From contig NMRA01000019.1 in the NCBI GenBank assembly GCA_002633005.1, positions 876,414 through 940,413 of the forward strand: a stretch of DNA of 64,000 nucleotides, in the 5' to 3' direction. The position numbers were made by a program, and so were the translations under genes. A model generated the notes under the pieces. That model searched no databases, was not told the origin of the DNA, and saw only the letters and a program-made list of their open reading frames with translations. This DNA comes from Phoronis australis. Taxonomy: Eukaryota; Animalia; Phoronida. Position 1 is the first letter of the stretch, and each line of letters begins with the position of its first letter. Of this stretch, positions 41,367 through 56,300 are shown piece after piece.

Positions 41367-44300
41367 GGTCTAGTACACGGTGTCGGGGAAAAATAACGAA
41401 AATTTGTTGTTAGTAAGTAGTAAATAATTCAAGGTAATGGTTGGTCTTTGGTGTGCAACGTGCTAAAGATGCGAAATACTAAACACAGTCGAGGAAATGA
41501 TATGTATATATTAAATATTTAATCTCAACAAGACGTACAGGCCAATAAAACTCACCAATTTACCCATATTATGAAATTCATACCAGAGTTCCAATAAGAA
41601 TTATCCGTGGCGTGACCTTTATACTGTGAGAAATCGTCAGTTTCAAAGTAAAAACTAACAAGCGGGTTACATCACCAAACTAAAACAAACCTTTAGCAAC
41701 AGCTTACATACGGGTTACACGCCATTTCGACTGATTAACTCAGATAGCAACCACATTTAATCACGGATGCATGTAACTCGTAAAGTAATTTTCCTATTTT
41801 ATGTCCACATACGTCGATAACATGTCATACAAAATCGCTAACCATGCCACGAATCAAACTCTAGTGAGCCCAGACAGATAAGGCGTCCCAAAGGAGAGGC
41901 TTTGGGATATTCTGGATTCAACATGTGGTCGCTTCCATCTGCAGGCACAAAACAATTACACTCCAAGTGAAAAAGCCAACACTGAGGTAAAATTGTTACT
42001 TGTATGTAAAAAAACTTCAATAATAATTTTCTGACTTAAAAGAGCAGGCCAAACCAGAAGAGGATTTGAGCCTTATTCAAAACATACTAATATGGAGAAC
42101 ATTCTTGACCAATTAGGGAGAATAAAATACATATATCACATACATCTTGAATTTAATGAAAATAACCCTTCACATGACCGAAATGCAAATGAACCCTGAA
42201 AATAAGCATGGCCATAAAACGTAACAATGCTTCAGCAAAGTCCACAAAGAGATTCAGTATCAATCTGCAACCTATGGAGTAAATGTTTAACTACATGGGT
42301 GGATTAGCACCCCCTGGTGGCTAAGTGGTGAAGCATATTCCATCAGCAGCAATCAAGGGCAATAACAACCCATTCACATTACTGAATACATTTAGCTACA
42401 TCAACCATACAGGGACCTTTCTAAAACCTTTGATGTTGCAACCAAGTCAAACTGTATGCAGGGTAGTTGGCTTAGGACTTCTACTCATTAACTCATTTTG
42501 TGAAATATTGCCACTAAGTGTAACAATTCGGAACCTTCATTGCAGTGTTTTAGGGATCTGCTTTCGCCAAACATAATACTGATTATAAGCTCATTTGTTT
42601 AATAAAATTAAAACCATAAACTCAACCAATCAATTGCATAAAATAGCAAACCAAGCAACTACAGGTACTGTGATTTTCTGCAAGACAGCCCCCAAAAACA
42701 CGCCCCAGAGCCTACACATAAGTTTTCAGAATACCGACACATGAGCCTATATTTGGAGCTACAATTAACATTTTCTATGACTTGATATTCTGTTGTAACA
42801 GCTGGAACCTTGCTGACATCCGAGCACAACAAGGGCAATGTTCTTGGTAATTACAATATGTGGGCTGTAAAGGACAGTCAAACCACGAGACGCTTGCCAC
42901 TGCAAACCTTGCACGTTTTTATATCCGTGAACTGGGGGGAAGCATCCAAGTTTAACTGATGTTCGGACACTCACGTAAATGTGCGCACGCATGGGTCCAT
43001 TCGAATATTGCACCATAACGGTGTTTCTCTCGAGTTGGATGGATGTTATGAAACTGAGAAAGCTGTTTAAGACCAGTTTCTAATAACAACCTTGCAAACA
43101 CAACAGCCGGACTAACACTTCAAGGAATAATTGTTTCACTGTCCATTACAGTGTATGTTTGTAAAACGCAGCAGAGAATTTATTCTTGTTAATAGTTTAG
43201 TTGATTAAGACGCACGTTTGTAATCATTACATCGTTTTTAAGCAAGCCAGATTTGCACCTCGAGAACCATTCATTGAGACGTATTTCCTTTCTATAGGCC
43301 CATTTTTTGGAATATAAGACCGCACTTATATTTGGGATACTGGGAAGGCAAAAAGTGCCATTTTTCGACCATGCACCCTGGGACTTACCATCGGAAAATC
43401 CTCACATATTAATAATAATAATAATAAAAATAATAATAGTTAGTAGTAATGATAATAATATAAATGTTAACTGATAAAGTAAAACCACATAAATGACAGT
43501 GCACTAGACCATGTGCACAATATCCATATAAACCAGTCAATGACATTTAAAAAACAATAATTACATGTTGCCCAAATATCAAATATAATTGCATCTTATT
43601 TGAGGCACTTTCTAAGGACTTACGATCAACATGACAAAACTTTAATATTGAGAAATTCCCTCTATGAGAACTAAAATCTAACTTTTTACAGTCCAATGAC
43701 AAATTAACAGTTTCTATGGTACAGGCTGTGAGCAGGCTGTTCTCAGACGTGTACAGAAAGTACAAAAGTTTAGAGGCTGTCCAGAGCTTATATAACTGCT
43801 GTAGAAATTAACATGTAGGTGCTGGCTACAATCAAAATATCTGACAAACATTACCTTTGCCTTTGACTGCTGTTGAGTCCTGGATGAATTATGTTTTACG
43901 CATAAACAATTCGAACAAGAATAACAGTTGTGACAATGTAAAGCATGAGTTTAGTAATAAAACTCACTGGATGGCAAGATAAGTCTGATCATTTCTAGCG
44001 GTAATGGTCGGATATAACGCGCCCGAGTTTTGTGAAAAAGTTTCATCCACTGGTTCTCAAAATACGGGCACATTATATCCGATTATTGGTTTTCTAACTT
44101 CACAGTCTTACAGTCAATTCATCGCATCTGTCATGAATAATCAACATTTAAGGCATAATATTTATCTCCCAAAACTTTCGATTCTATGAGGTCAAACTGA
44201 GTAACCCAGCAATATCTCCACAACTTCTACAATTGCATATTTAAGCCTATGGCCTAACAATGACATTGCAGAAGGTAAAAAATAATGACCCTGCATTCAT

Positions 44301-44380
44301 AAAACTGGCCATCACCTCACATGCCTCTACTGTGCAAGGTCAAAGTTCACGACTTGGCCATGCCATGACCCCTAGTTGCT

Positions 44381-47300
44381 TCATTCTGGACTCTCTTCCA
44401 TTGTGAACGGTGTGACTTGGAACATGAAGCAGAGGTTGCACACACGCACCGGCTGTGCGTGACCATATTGGGGCAGAGGAACAAAGTTGGACGAGCACCG
44501 GGAACAGAAGATCTGCAAGTTTAAGTCATCAGGACTTTGAGTGTCTTTAATCAAACACCATTTTCAATGTACTTCACTATGACTTTCAGTGCATTAAATC
44601 ATAACCACACACTTTCATAACGGAACCATGAATATCTGTAACTTAAGCACAAGTTAACAATGAGGAGACAGGAAAAAACAAATGGTGAAACAGACTGTGC
44701 GATAGTGCAGCAGTAAAATTAAGAACTTATGTTGTATGGTTTCATGTGACACTTAACTATTCTGACCTACCATTCCACAGTTGCGACAATGATGGCGGCG
44801 ACGGATGAATGTGAACGGCGCTTGACATGCACAGCACTTGGTACAGTCAGTGTCTGGCAACCATTCCGGTGGGTCTACAATACAAGACAAAACAAGACTG
44901 CTACGCAAAGTTCACTCACCAAAAAATTTTGATTAAGATCACTTACCAAATATGAAACAGGTCTCAAACTCTCAATTACTTAGTAGTGAATTGTGCGATA
45001 ACTTCAGGGCTTTGAACGAACTACTGCTACTTGAGATCCCATTCTACGAGTTGACCTGTCATGCCGTGTCATTGCTATGTGCTGGGTGTGGTCTTGTGCA
45101 ATAATCAACCATTGGTTCTATGCAAACACAGAAATCACTTCTTGTCTGAGAAAGGAGCGGTACGAGGTTCAAACCAAAAGTTCGCTTCTTACACGGAACA
45201 CGGGTTTATTGTCGCTTAAAGAAATCATCAATACTTTTCTGGTCACTTTTAAGCAAAGCCATCTTTTAAAATGACTTCTTGTTTTACATAGAATTTGGCA
45301 TAGATAGATATAAATACAATTCCACAACCCGGCTCATCTTGTAAATGTCAGCTTACTACAAGACGATAATTTACATATAACTGAAAGCCACAACACTTGG
45401 ACAACAGATGGATTAAGTATTGATATTTGACGTTAAAGACAAAAAATGTAAAGTACCAGGAATCTAGTGTTTTGTGAGTGCCATAAATACCATTTAGCAT
45501 ATTCTGACAAGTGACCGACTGTTGCCATTCTGAAACTTGAGGTCTAAAGATAGGAAAGATTTCTTAAATTTTACATTTTTGAGTTTTCTTTGGTGTGTTT
45601 GGTTTTATCTTTGATTAAAAAGGGGATTGAATGTCAATAAGTTTGTTTTATTTTTCACAAAGTGACGTTTTTAAGCATTTTCCCCAAGCACGCTGTGTTC
45701 TCTGTTACCCGTATGCAGTTTACCGATGATCGACAGGTAAACGGGTATCCCAAATCATGCTAAACATTCATTGTCCTGTTGTGTGTTTTCATCAGTTTAC
45801 AATGCATGAAAGCAAATAATCACGGGCTGATGACGGATCTGCAGCAGGACTAGGACATGAAATTGCAATTCAATGTACATGTTGTTCTTTCAATAAGTTA
45901 ATTATAAAACAAATTAATGAAAAAATTGTGTGATTGACTGGACAATTGAGATGAACATAAATAGTCACCTCCTGGTACATTTGAAGACTCTGATTCACTC
46001 TCCTCCATAGTTGGGAAGTAAGTCTCTTCTTCGTCCAGACCAGTGGCGCCCTCTTCTTCCTGTCCAAGTGATTCGTTTGCAACCTGACCCACTTCAATCT
46101 TTGCCAACGGCTCTGTACAGTGCAACTCAAACACAATCTTCAGTATGTTACGGAAGTCACAGGCATAGTTTGTCTGGAGTTGGTCGGCGACACCTGGTGC
46201 GAGATATCACTTTATTTTGAAACTTTTGGTGAAATACATGAATTTTAACACAATATTTCGCAATATACAACTCTCCATTGGTGTATGCACAAAAACCCCA
46301 CAAATTTTTGGTGCGAAGATTTATTTTGCCAATTTACCATTAAATTTCAACTAATTTGTATCACAATTTCCAATGTAACATTAACTAAGCTACTTCTGTG
46401 AAATTTGTTAATATTTTTGAAAGCTACACTTAAAATAATTCTTCCAACCAATACCTTACCAGACAAATAGCCATTAAATACCTGATATGCAAACAAACAG
46501 CCTGTGTATGAGATCTTCTCTGTCTCGGAACTTGTTACGTATGCCAACAGCGACCTCTGCAGCCTGCACTGCTAAAGCAATCTCCTCCTGGTCATGACTC
46601 TCTGATGTGTAAGAACTTGTCTCGCTAGTGTCTCCACTGGCAAACAGAGGGCACTGATGTACTAAATTGTATAACTCAAAAAACCAAAATTGCAATTCTA
46701 ATGCAAAGCTACCTAGTTTGTATTAACACACTACTTCCAGTCTCAACTGGTTTCATTCTACACCTTCCAGACAAAACAACTTCACAACCCCAAACTGCCA
46801 GGCAATCAACAGGTGACTGCTTCAGAAACAGATAACTTTATCTAATTGTGCAGGGCAAAAACATCAGATCTCAGAAATGGCTGACCGTGCTCACATGAAA
46901 CTTTCAGATACTCCGTCACCATGCCTTACAGTGTTCTCCAACACACTGTTTGGAAGTGTCTTTTAAAATACTCTTTTGAACGAGAGGTTAACAAAAATAG
47001 GCTGGACTTTTATGATTTTTGTAAAACAACTCAAATGCTGCATCAAACGGAAATGAAATGATAACTTAGAAAACTGTAAGATCATTTTTGAGATTTCTTT
47101 TTGAATGTCAGTCCCGAACATTGGTTGTCGTTGTTTTGATGTGAACCAGAATGTGTACATCTTTTTGCTAACTTTTACTAAAAATTAGCCACACGACCTA
47201 AATAACGGCAGACTGGTAAAATGTCAAAAACCAAATTCTACAAGTTTTGTATTTTCAGAACAAACACTTTTACCGAGTTAAAATCTATAGTAATATGCAT

Positions 47301-50300
47301 ATATTTTGCTAAATACATATTTATTGATAAGGCCCTACAAAAAATAAATGAACTAAATGACCATCAACTCAAGAGAATCTCAGCAGAGTTCACTCAATTA
47401 ATTCATAACAGATGACTAACGGTCTCAGTATCACCGCATTAAGTTAGGGCTGAAGTCCGTCAAGTCAGATTTAGCTTAGACAAGTACCTAGCACAAACAA
47501 GTCACCTACAATCTCTTCTGGCTGATGATTCATCATAAAAATGTCGTGAAGCAGCTTAACAACTAAGATTGCCTCCAAACAAATGTCCACAGAGAGTGCA
47601 CAATACAGATGTCTTTCATTGAAAGTTCATGTCAGTTTTCCTGATAACAGCAGCATCTTAAGGTCACTGTCTGCGGATACTTTGCCAGTGTTAGATCATA
47701 GTAAATGACCAGTGCTGACGCCTAAACTGAATGCTTGTCTTTGTATCATAGTACTTGTAGGATATTTAAAATAATTCATTTTGTACAGAATAATGACTTG
47801 GAATAACAAAACACAAAGTGGTGTGTGTGCGTTATCTACAACATTTGTTTAAATACAAAAGTAACAACAACTATCAAGCTTGGCAACTCGGTGACTTTTC
47901 CAAAGAAAGTCAATACAGTCAAATTCATGACAGTTTTTCACCTTACATGAAGCTGACTGTGTGCTGGTGGCCAGAACAAGGATATACTTTGCTATGACCA
48001 ACAGATGGGGTTATAACAAAAATAGAAAATAACATACATGACTGTTATTATACAAAATGTCATTGTTTTAATACGCTTTAGTGACTTGCAATGTCATGTT
48101 CAACAGATTGACAATCACCAAGCTGCAGTGGAAATAAACCTTATCCAATTCACCTTTCAGCTTCACAGTCTTGAACACTGCTGTTCTCAGTGTGACCAAC
48201 AGAGGGCAGTCTCTGACCAGAGTTGTGCCGTGAGGACTGGCCACTCACTGGTACCCTCACCTGTTGCTTTAGCCTGGTCACTGGATCAAGAAGAGAGAAA
48301 TAAAAACAATGAAATGAAATGAAAATAAATTACAGTTTTGTTAATTCAAAAAAGAGAAATTAACAACTCAAGGCAACAAATTTCGCACAACATATTCATT
48401 TTCATGAGATTTTCCCCAAAAAATTAAGACAAGAATAATGTTTGCTCATGATTGTCAATCATAACTGAATATCTATGAGTTGACATTTGACGTTGTCTTG
48501 AATGCACATGATTAGTTTCTAGGACTGAATACAGTTTGAAAACGAATCTACGATTTCATGAGTTGGCATGACTGATTCAAAAACTCATTTTTTATAGTCT
48601 GACTAGGAGTTTGTTCTAAAACATAAATAATTTAGTATTCTATTACATTTCTACATGTGACAGGGTACACTTATTACAAGTGATTATTGAAATCCACAAT
48701 TTTGACAGTTGAATTTGAAGCATAAATAGACTTCTACAGTTATTCCCCAATGCCATTTTAAATGTAATAGAAATTTATAAGTTTCATATGAAATTTATTA
48801 CGTTCAAAGTTGCAGCCATTTCCATCTTAGGTATCAATCAATACTATTTTAAAAAATACTACATTACAAATTTTGCAAGGGTTTGAAAATTGTATGCTTT
48901 CACGCGTTCATTGTTGTTACTTCAAAAGATATAATTTAAAGAAACAAGACCACCTTCAACAACTTTATCTATTATCAAATATAAATTTTGTAGTAACTTG
49001 GTGACAAGTTGTCTTAAATAACATCACCTGTTTGCATTCGGTTACCTTGTTCTTCAGTTGTCATGTTTTCAGAGTTGCCTCCCATGCCGTGGCTGCTATC
49101 TACCCTCAAGGAGTCACGTGACCCATTCTGCGCCGTCCTCAGTGGTGGCGGTTCCCGATCTCTGTAGAACTGCACTGGTTGAACGTCTGCTGAACTCTCC
49201 CCTGAGTGCAGCGTGTGTTCAATGCTACTATTTACCCGTGACACTGATCGGTCAAATGAGGTTGATCGGTCAAATACAAAGCGACGAGATGCGGCACCAT
49301 CTAAAGACGGTGACCGTTCAACCAGCACTGGCCGCAAGTCTGGTAATGGCAGGTTAAAGCTAAAATGTCTGCTGCTGTGACTAGCGTGACGAGATCGACA
49401 CTTGGTTGCTGCATGCATGGCCTGAAGGACTATGCCTTCCACTATGTCTCTACAGATCACAACAGGATCCGCCTCGCACTCCAGACAATCCGTGGTTAAA
49501 TCGACCGTCTGCCTGCACAATAGCCTCATATCAGCCACAAAACTTGACATATCACAGTCTCCGTGGGTGTCAGCCTGACTTGAATCACTAGAATCAGACA
49601 CTGCGACACTTCGTGTTGTGGTATCATCCCACCTTTGTACTACTTCATCACTGTAATTGGTCTCGTGCAAACTCTTATTGCAAGATGTTTGATTAAGGTC
49701 ACTCTCTGACAACTCTACATCAGTTGTGTAACTAGTGGTTGGGGTTGTATCGTTTTCCTCTATTACAACTGACCTCAACGAATTCTGTTGATGTTTGTCC
49801 GTCTCAGTTTGTGTACTTTGCGACTTTTTGGGCCTTGCACCAAGACCGTATTCGGCGGTCTCACCTATACTTTCATTATCACTGGGCATGCCAGAGTCAC
49901 TACTCTCATTTTCGTCCACTTCCCTTTCCGCGTGTGCCTCACCAACGCCAGCAATAGCAGAGTCCGCTTCACAACTACCATCACCACTGCCATCACGGAG
50001 ACTGTCGCTACGGTGACAGAAGTCTAGTTCGGATGGTGGAGTAGTAGCGTTGAGCAGTAAGTTTTGTACGGGTACACTATAGTCTGTTTTAGAGTTAGAT
50101 GCAAGCTGTGATTGGCTGGTGGCTGCCGAGGTCGCAATGTCACGATATATTCCTGGCTCCTCGGCACTACACAAAGACCTTTCTAGAGTGAGTAGTTCTT
50201 CTGCTGATAAAGTCCACAATAGTTCCCTGGAACACACGCGATGCTATCATAACAAAACTTTAAAGCAAGCATACCCTCCACCAGCTCTATACTACTACAT

Positions 50301-53300
50301 TCATGTGACAAGCACACAAGTATGCATGACGTTTTTTATTAAGTCTATTATATGAATATATAAATCATAAGTCGCCGGTTAGTGTGGAAACGTGTATCAC
50401 AAACATTTCTAAGTCTCGTCAGCACACCACCTGTGGCTACATCACGTGACCTAATAAATCTATGTCCGAAAAAATTTCTCACCAACCGTGCTTATATTTA
50501 TTAGATCACATGGTGTGTCCACAGGTGGCGTGCTGACCACAGTTAGAAATGTTTGCTATAATTGTCCATCACTTTAAGGTTGTGTAGGACCCCAAAACTA
50601 TGTCCATTTTTTGTTTTTTTAACATTTATTGCAAAAATGATAACACGGTACACAGTCAGAAATCCTCAATCTTAATGACACATCACACCCACACGCACAC
50701 ATTTCACCGAAAACCCAATTTCACAAACCAAAAACACATTAATGTACTTTTCTCATCGGTATTTCTTTCTAATGAGAAAAAAAGACCATCTTTGGAGAAA
50801 TATGTCTCCTAATCCATTTTTACAATGATTATATTTTTTGAATATGAAATAAGTTTCTAATTCTTTTTTGAAAAGGTCCCACTTTCAGCTTTCTACAGTA
50901 TATATGCTTTTTTGTCAAAAAACGATAAGATTCAACAGTTCATTCTCTTTTCCAGTTTTACAAAATATAATAGTCTGAAAATCTATCGATATATCGACGT
51001 TTTTTTCGTGAATATAATATTCAGCTATTCTTTTCCAAAAAAAGCTTAACAAAAAAGGAACCCCAAAATAAATGTTCTAAACTTTCAGGTTCATTCCTAC
51101 AAAAAGGACATCGGTCAGTTGGAGAAATACCATTAAAAAGTTATTTGATGCTACAATTCTGTGAACAATTCTCATTTGAAATCATCCGAGTCTAACATTT
51201 GAAGTACAAAAAACAAGTTTGAAAACATAACTTCCATGCGGTCATTGAGCTAGCAAAACCAAAAGTATTTTCCCACTTTTCTAATCCTTTTGGTTTTTGA
51301 AACAAAGTTGTCAGAAAAATATCATATAAATCATGAGTACTTTTTGAATTTTTCGACAAAATTTGCCAGAGCTGTGGGATAACTGGTTGTCAGAGACACT
51401 TTTGCACTTGAAAACGATATACTTTTGAAAGTTAATTACAAGCAATTTTTCAGTTCGCAATAAAGTGTAAAAAAGGTTTAAAACCACATTTGACTGCAAA
51501 ACTGTTGTATGACAAGAAATTTCTGTTTTCGTCAAATAAATCAACCTAAGAATCTCACACCCTTTTCATTCCAAGTTGGGTAAAGTATTGCTTTTCCTCC
51601 AATCTGAACCTTTGTGTTATGCCATAAAGGAAAGGCCAGTATCCTGTTATGTTCTTTGACCTCGTTTAATATCGAACCAAACTCAAATGTTGAAACAAAC
51701 ATATCCTTCCAAAAAGGATTCCCTGTGGACTAGGCTACCATTTTAAAAAATAGTTTCCTCCATTGAAAATCTTTTCAAAGTCAAATTGACTACGTCCAAT
51801 TTTGGCTAACTATGAACCATCGTATCTCAGAAATGGCTAAATCTGAATCATCCTTTAGGAAGTGGTTTTAAAATGTTTCACTTTTGCATTAGGGGCTATA
51901 AAAATACAACCTTTATGTTTTAATGAAAAAAAATTAACAAATTAATATTTTAGAAAACTGTAAGAGCCTTTTGAGATCTTATCTTGAACATTTCAAATAA
52001 AATACGATCATGTTATCGATGCCATTGTATTGCTCTCAATGTACTTTCTTTGTCACTAAATTTTACCAAAAATACATGGTCACATGACCCAATTAATGGT
52101 AGATTGGTAAAATGTTGTCAAATTCTACAGGTTTTCTACTTTGGGACAATCTTTACTTTTATTGAGGTGTTGTTTTGTAGATTGTAATATAATCATAGAT
52201 ATTTGATTAAATACACTCAGACTTTTCAATAAAGTTGCACATAACCTTAAGTGACTTTAAAATTTGACAAAAATATAACATCTGAGCAAGCAATAACTAA
52301 ATCAGCCAAAAAACAGAGAAAGAAAATTTTTTTGTATATACAGTCTCTAAAATTAAACAAGTTTACCTCAGATAAAAGCTACTAAGCTTAGGCATGCCAT
52401 TACTAGGTCAACTCATAAAAAGAAATGATTCAATGATTCCATGTTCAAATAAAACTTAAAGTTGATAACATAACAATAAGATAGCTTGAGCAAGCAATTA
52501 TTATAATCAAATCGAAAATAGTAGACAAATCAATGTTAATTTCATAAAGCATATTCATTGAAAAAATAATACAAAGATTTAAAAATGCGAGCATGCGAGC
52601 ACAAACTAAATTAAAAAACAGGAGACAATTTGATGTTTTTGTTTCATAAAGTCTCTCTCTTAAATGAACTTGACTTTGATTCAAAATTGTAAAATTTAAG
52701 CATTCAAATTGGTGAACGAACTCAAAAAGAGAAGACAACCAAGTCGCTTAATTTTAATAGATTTAAATTTGATAACATGATATCCAACTTGAGCAAGCAA
52801 TTACGAAAATCAAATGAAAATGGACCGAATCAAGTCGAGCAGGGATGGCTTTATCTACAAAATCACAGAAAATGTTTCATTTATCAATCAGATCCTTCAA
52901 TTTTGAGATTTTTTCCCACAGCATGTCCTTTGTTATAAACAAAAAGTACCTAGGATCAACTAAAAGCTGAACAAATCAAACTTAAAGTACCGGTACATCA
53001 ATTATCTGCAAACCACACACCACTGAAATTTGTTGAGTTTCAAAGAAGAAAACAACGCCAACCTGATTTTGATGAGTAGAGGCTGGAATGGCCTGAACAT
53101 TTCTGAAATATCTGAGCTTTTCCTGTCTGGGTTTAAAGGTCCTTCAGGAAACATGATGAGGCCACTATAACAGAAATGAATAAATGCAGCTGCTTTCCAA
53201 GATGGGAAGATTCTGCACAATGTTGTGTCAACATAACGGGACAATGTAGAAACTAACGATCTTGATGGGCGTGATATCAACATCATTTTAAACACAAATG

Positions 53301-56300
53301 TCAATTAAAAATGAAACATCTGTTTGCACTCTCTCATTTTAACCATGAGAATACTGCTGTTTTTATTATGCAATTTTAAGCTAATGATATTTAAAATCTA
53401 AGCCGACATTCACCGTGCGCCTGAAGTGAAAGAGGTCCCCAAAAAGGAATGTTACCATTTGAAGGTGATATTAGCCACTTCAGCATATTTTGATACAGAA
53501 AGGTGTGTTGGACCTTTTTAATTGTATTTATAATGCAAAAAACAATCAACAAAATAAGACTATCAAAACAATACATGGCAGAGCTCAACCTTGAAAAATC
53601 GTAATTTGGGTCCCGACACCCATGCTATGGCAAAGAATACTATTATTTATAAAAGCATACGCTTGATTTCTAAAATTGCAAAGACAAGCATTGGATGCAC
53701 ACAGTGCTGTCCTTTTTTGCACAAATCAGCAATATATGCCTGCATGGTTCACAATAAAAATACTCAACAACACGTCTTGTTCAAAGACCTGTTACAGTAA
53801 GCAGTATGTGCTAAAAATCATTGGACAAAGTGACTACAAATGCCTAGTCATTATGACCGAGTGCATTGTCATGACAGTTGAGTGTAAGCAAAATTCGTCA
53901 TCATAACAACTGGAACAATGGGAGGGGAGGTCATGATGAGTAATGATGCAACTGAGCAGAATAAAGGACAATCAGTGTTTGCAGAAACTCCACAAATGTT
54001 ACAGAAATTTAGAGAACATAAATGAGTCCTTATTGGGACTGTTTCGTGCAACCAGTCACACGTACCTACATGTAAACTGAAAGTACAGTGGGTTGATCAG
54101 TGAATGTAAAATATGTCAACAAACATCTAAGACATGTTTGCTACAGACTTAGAATATTGTGCAGCTAAACTAATGATTATAAAATAGATTTGCTGTAATC
54201 TGACAACAGTGCTGTTTTTCAACACGCCTCTACAACCAATCATGACATCGATTTGATAACGCACGTAGCATGTATATTATGTAGCGAAAATACACCCCAT
54301 ACCCTGCACATAAAAGAAAGCGTACAAATGTTTGATTCTAAAGCCCTCCCCTCATAGTACCTCCAAGTTACAACTCTGGCGCCGACTCCCGCCAATTTTT
54401 TGTTTTCTGTCCTCTTCATTTTGTGTCTGTAATTCTAGCGTTTGATTGTTGTGCAGTGTTCACCTTTTAGGTGTGTGGTGTTCCACTGACGTTTTGAGTT
54501 AAGAAACGAAACCTCTGGACTCTGTTATTTGTTTTCTTGTATTGATATGGCCTAAAACCACACCCGTAATCAGTTGTGTAAAAGTGCAGAGCCGTTGCAC
54601 CTCTTACCAAATAATAGCCAGCCTTGGAATGGTGAACATCAGCGCTGGATCATAATCATCCAGCATGTCTTGAGTTAGGAGGTTCAAACGCAGAGCTCTG
54701 AAACGAGTTAAAGCACTCTCATAAACTTTTAGAATATACAGAAGTGAACAACTAGCTGAACATTGCAGGAGATGTGCGGTACATGCTTATTGTCTGCAGA
54801 TCCCCGCAGGTTCAACATTTACACCTGATAATACAAACAAGCCTGAAACCAACTGCTCTAGAGAACTTGGAATGATCCATTTTTAGTGTAAATACACATG
54901 CATACACACACAAAGACGCACACATGCTCAATAGCCTTCTGCATTAGCGTAGTGTCTTTTAAAAATATTAAACACACTCCCGGAAATTGCTTTTCACATT
55001 ATATCCAGGTCACCGTTCACTCGTTGTATACATTCACTACTAAGACCAAGGAGAAACGTTTTGTGCGATGCTCAATTGTCCGCAACCAAAGCCAAGGTAT
55101 GAATCTGGGAATCCCAAATGGGTGTCTGGAACTCTTTTCAAGTTTTGATGTAAACAAGCAAAGCATGGAATAGGCAGACTAACTCTTAGAAGCTGGCCTC
55201 AAAAGCTTCCTAGCCTTCAAGTTGATAGCAACAACTGTTTTCAACTAAGAAAAGAAACTGAGAATCCAGCTAGGGAAGTGTTGGCCAGCCTGTGACATTA
55301 TTTATTTTAAAGTTGTCTATCATGGCATGGACAGGTTTGGGACATGTATTGTGTGCTTGTATAGGTATCCTGGTTAATAATTTGCATTCTAATTTGATGC
55401 GTAAGAAGGAATTGTCGCTTTAAATCTCATATTCCTCTATAACTCATTATAATTATTGGCCCACATTTGATTATAATTGAAAATGATTACGCAGTTTAGT
55501 CCGCATATTTCAATTTACACACACTCACTTGAAATCAAATTACTGACTATAATTGGTAATCATTTGCCGAACACTGTCCCCTCGTCGATTTTGAAAATCT
55601 GTTCGACACGATTCACTAGTTTATTACCTGAGTACTGCCTCACTAAACAGCACAGTGACTTCCTGTATTGTATCGTATTCTTTCATCGTCTTCACCGGAA
55701 CCATAACGCTGACGTAACTAGATGTCAAGAGAAATTAACACTTAAGTTTTAAACAAGTGAACAGTTAGGAAGGGAAAATAGCAAAAAATCGCCAACAGAC
55801 TCTTTAAAAGTGTAGTGAAACCAAGAAAGTGGCTTCTGCTTGCTCTAATCTCAAATTGTGTTAAATGAGACTGGCTTAGTTGATAGACTACTATTTGATT
55901 CATCCATGAACACTTCATGAAGCTGGGCTTCTGAGTGCGCCATTTGAATGCAGTACAACATCGGTAATTCTGTAGACAAGGTGTACACGAGCAATACGTG
56001 ATGAAGATCTAAGGGGTACCCAATTTTTAACCGTTTCCATGGTTACCGTAGTAGGATGCATTCGAAAATCAACACCAGTTTTGCTCTCCTCNTGTAAATA
56101 CACATGCATACACACACGCAGACGCACACATGCATACACACACGCGCAGACGCACACACGCACATTCACACACACACACGCAGACGCACACATGCATACA
56201 CACACGCAGACGCACACATTCATACACACACGTAGACACACACATGCTCAATAACCTTCTGCATTAGCGTAGTGTCTTTAAAAATATTAGCACACTCCCG

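Noticed and set aside
55915-56254. Cys/Val and His/Thr repetitive ORFs
   Set aside because: Translations of a CA-rich microsatellite that cross an N gap.
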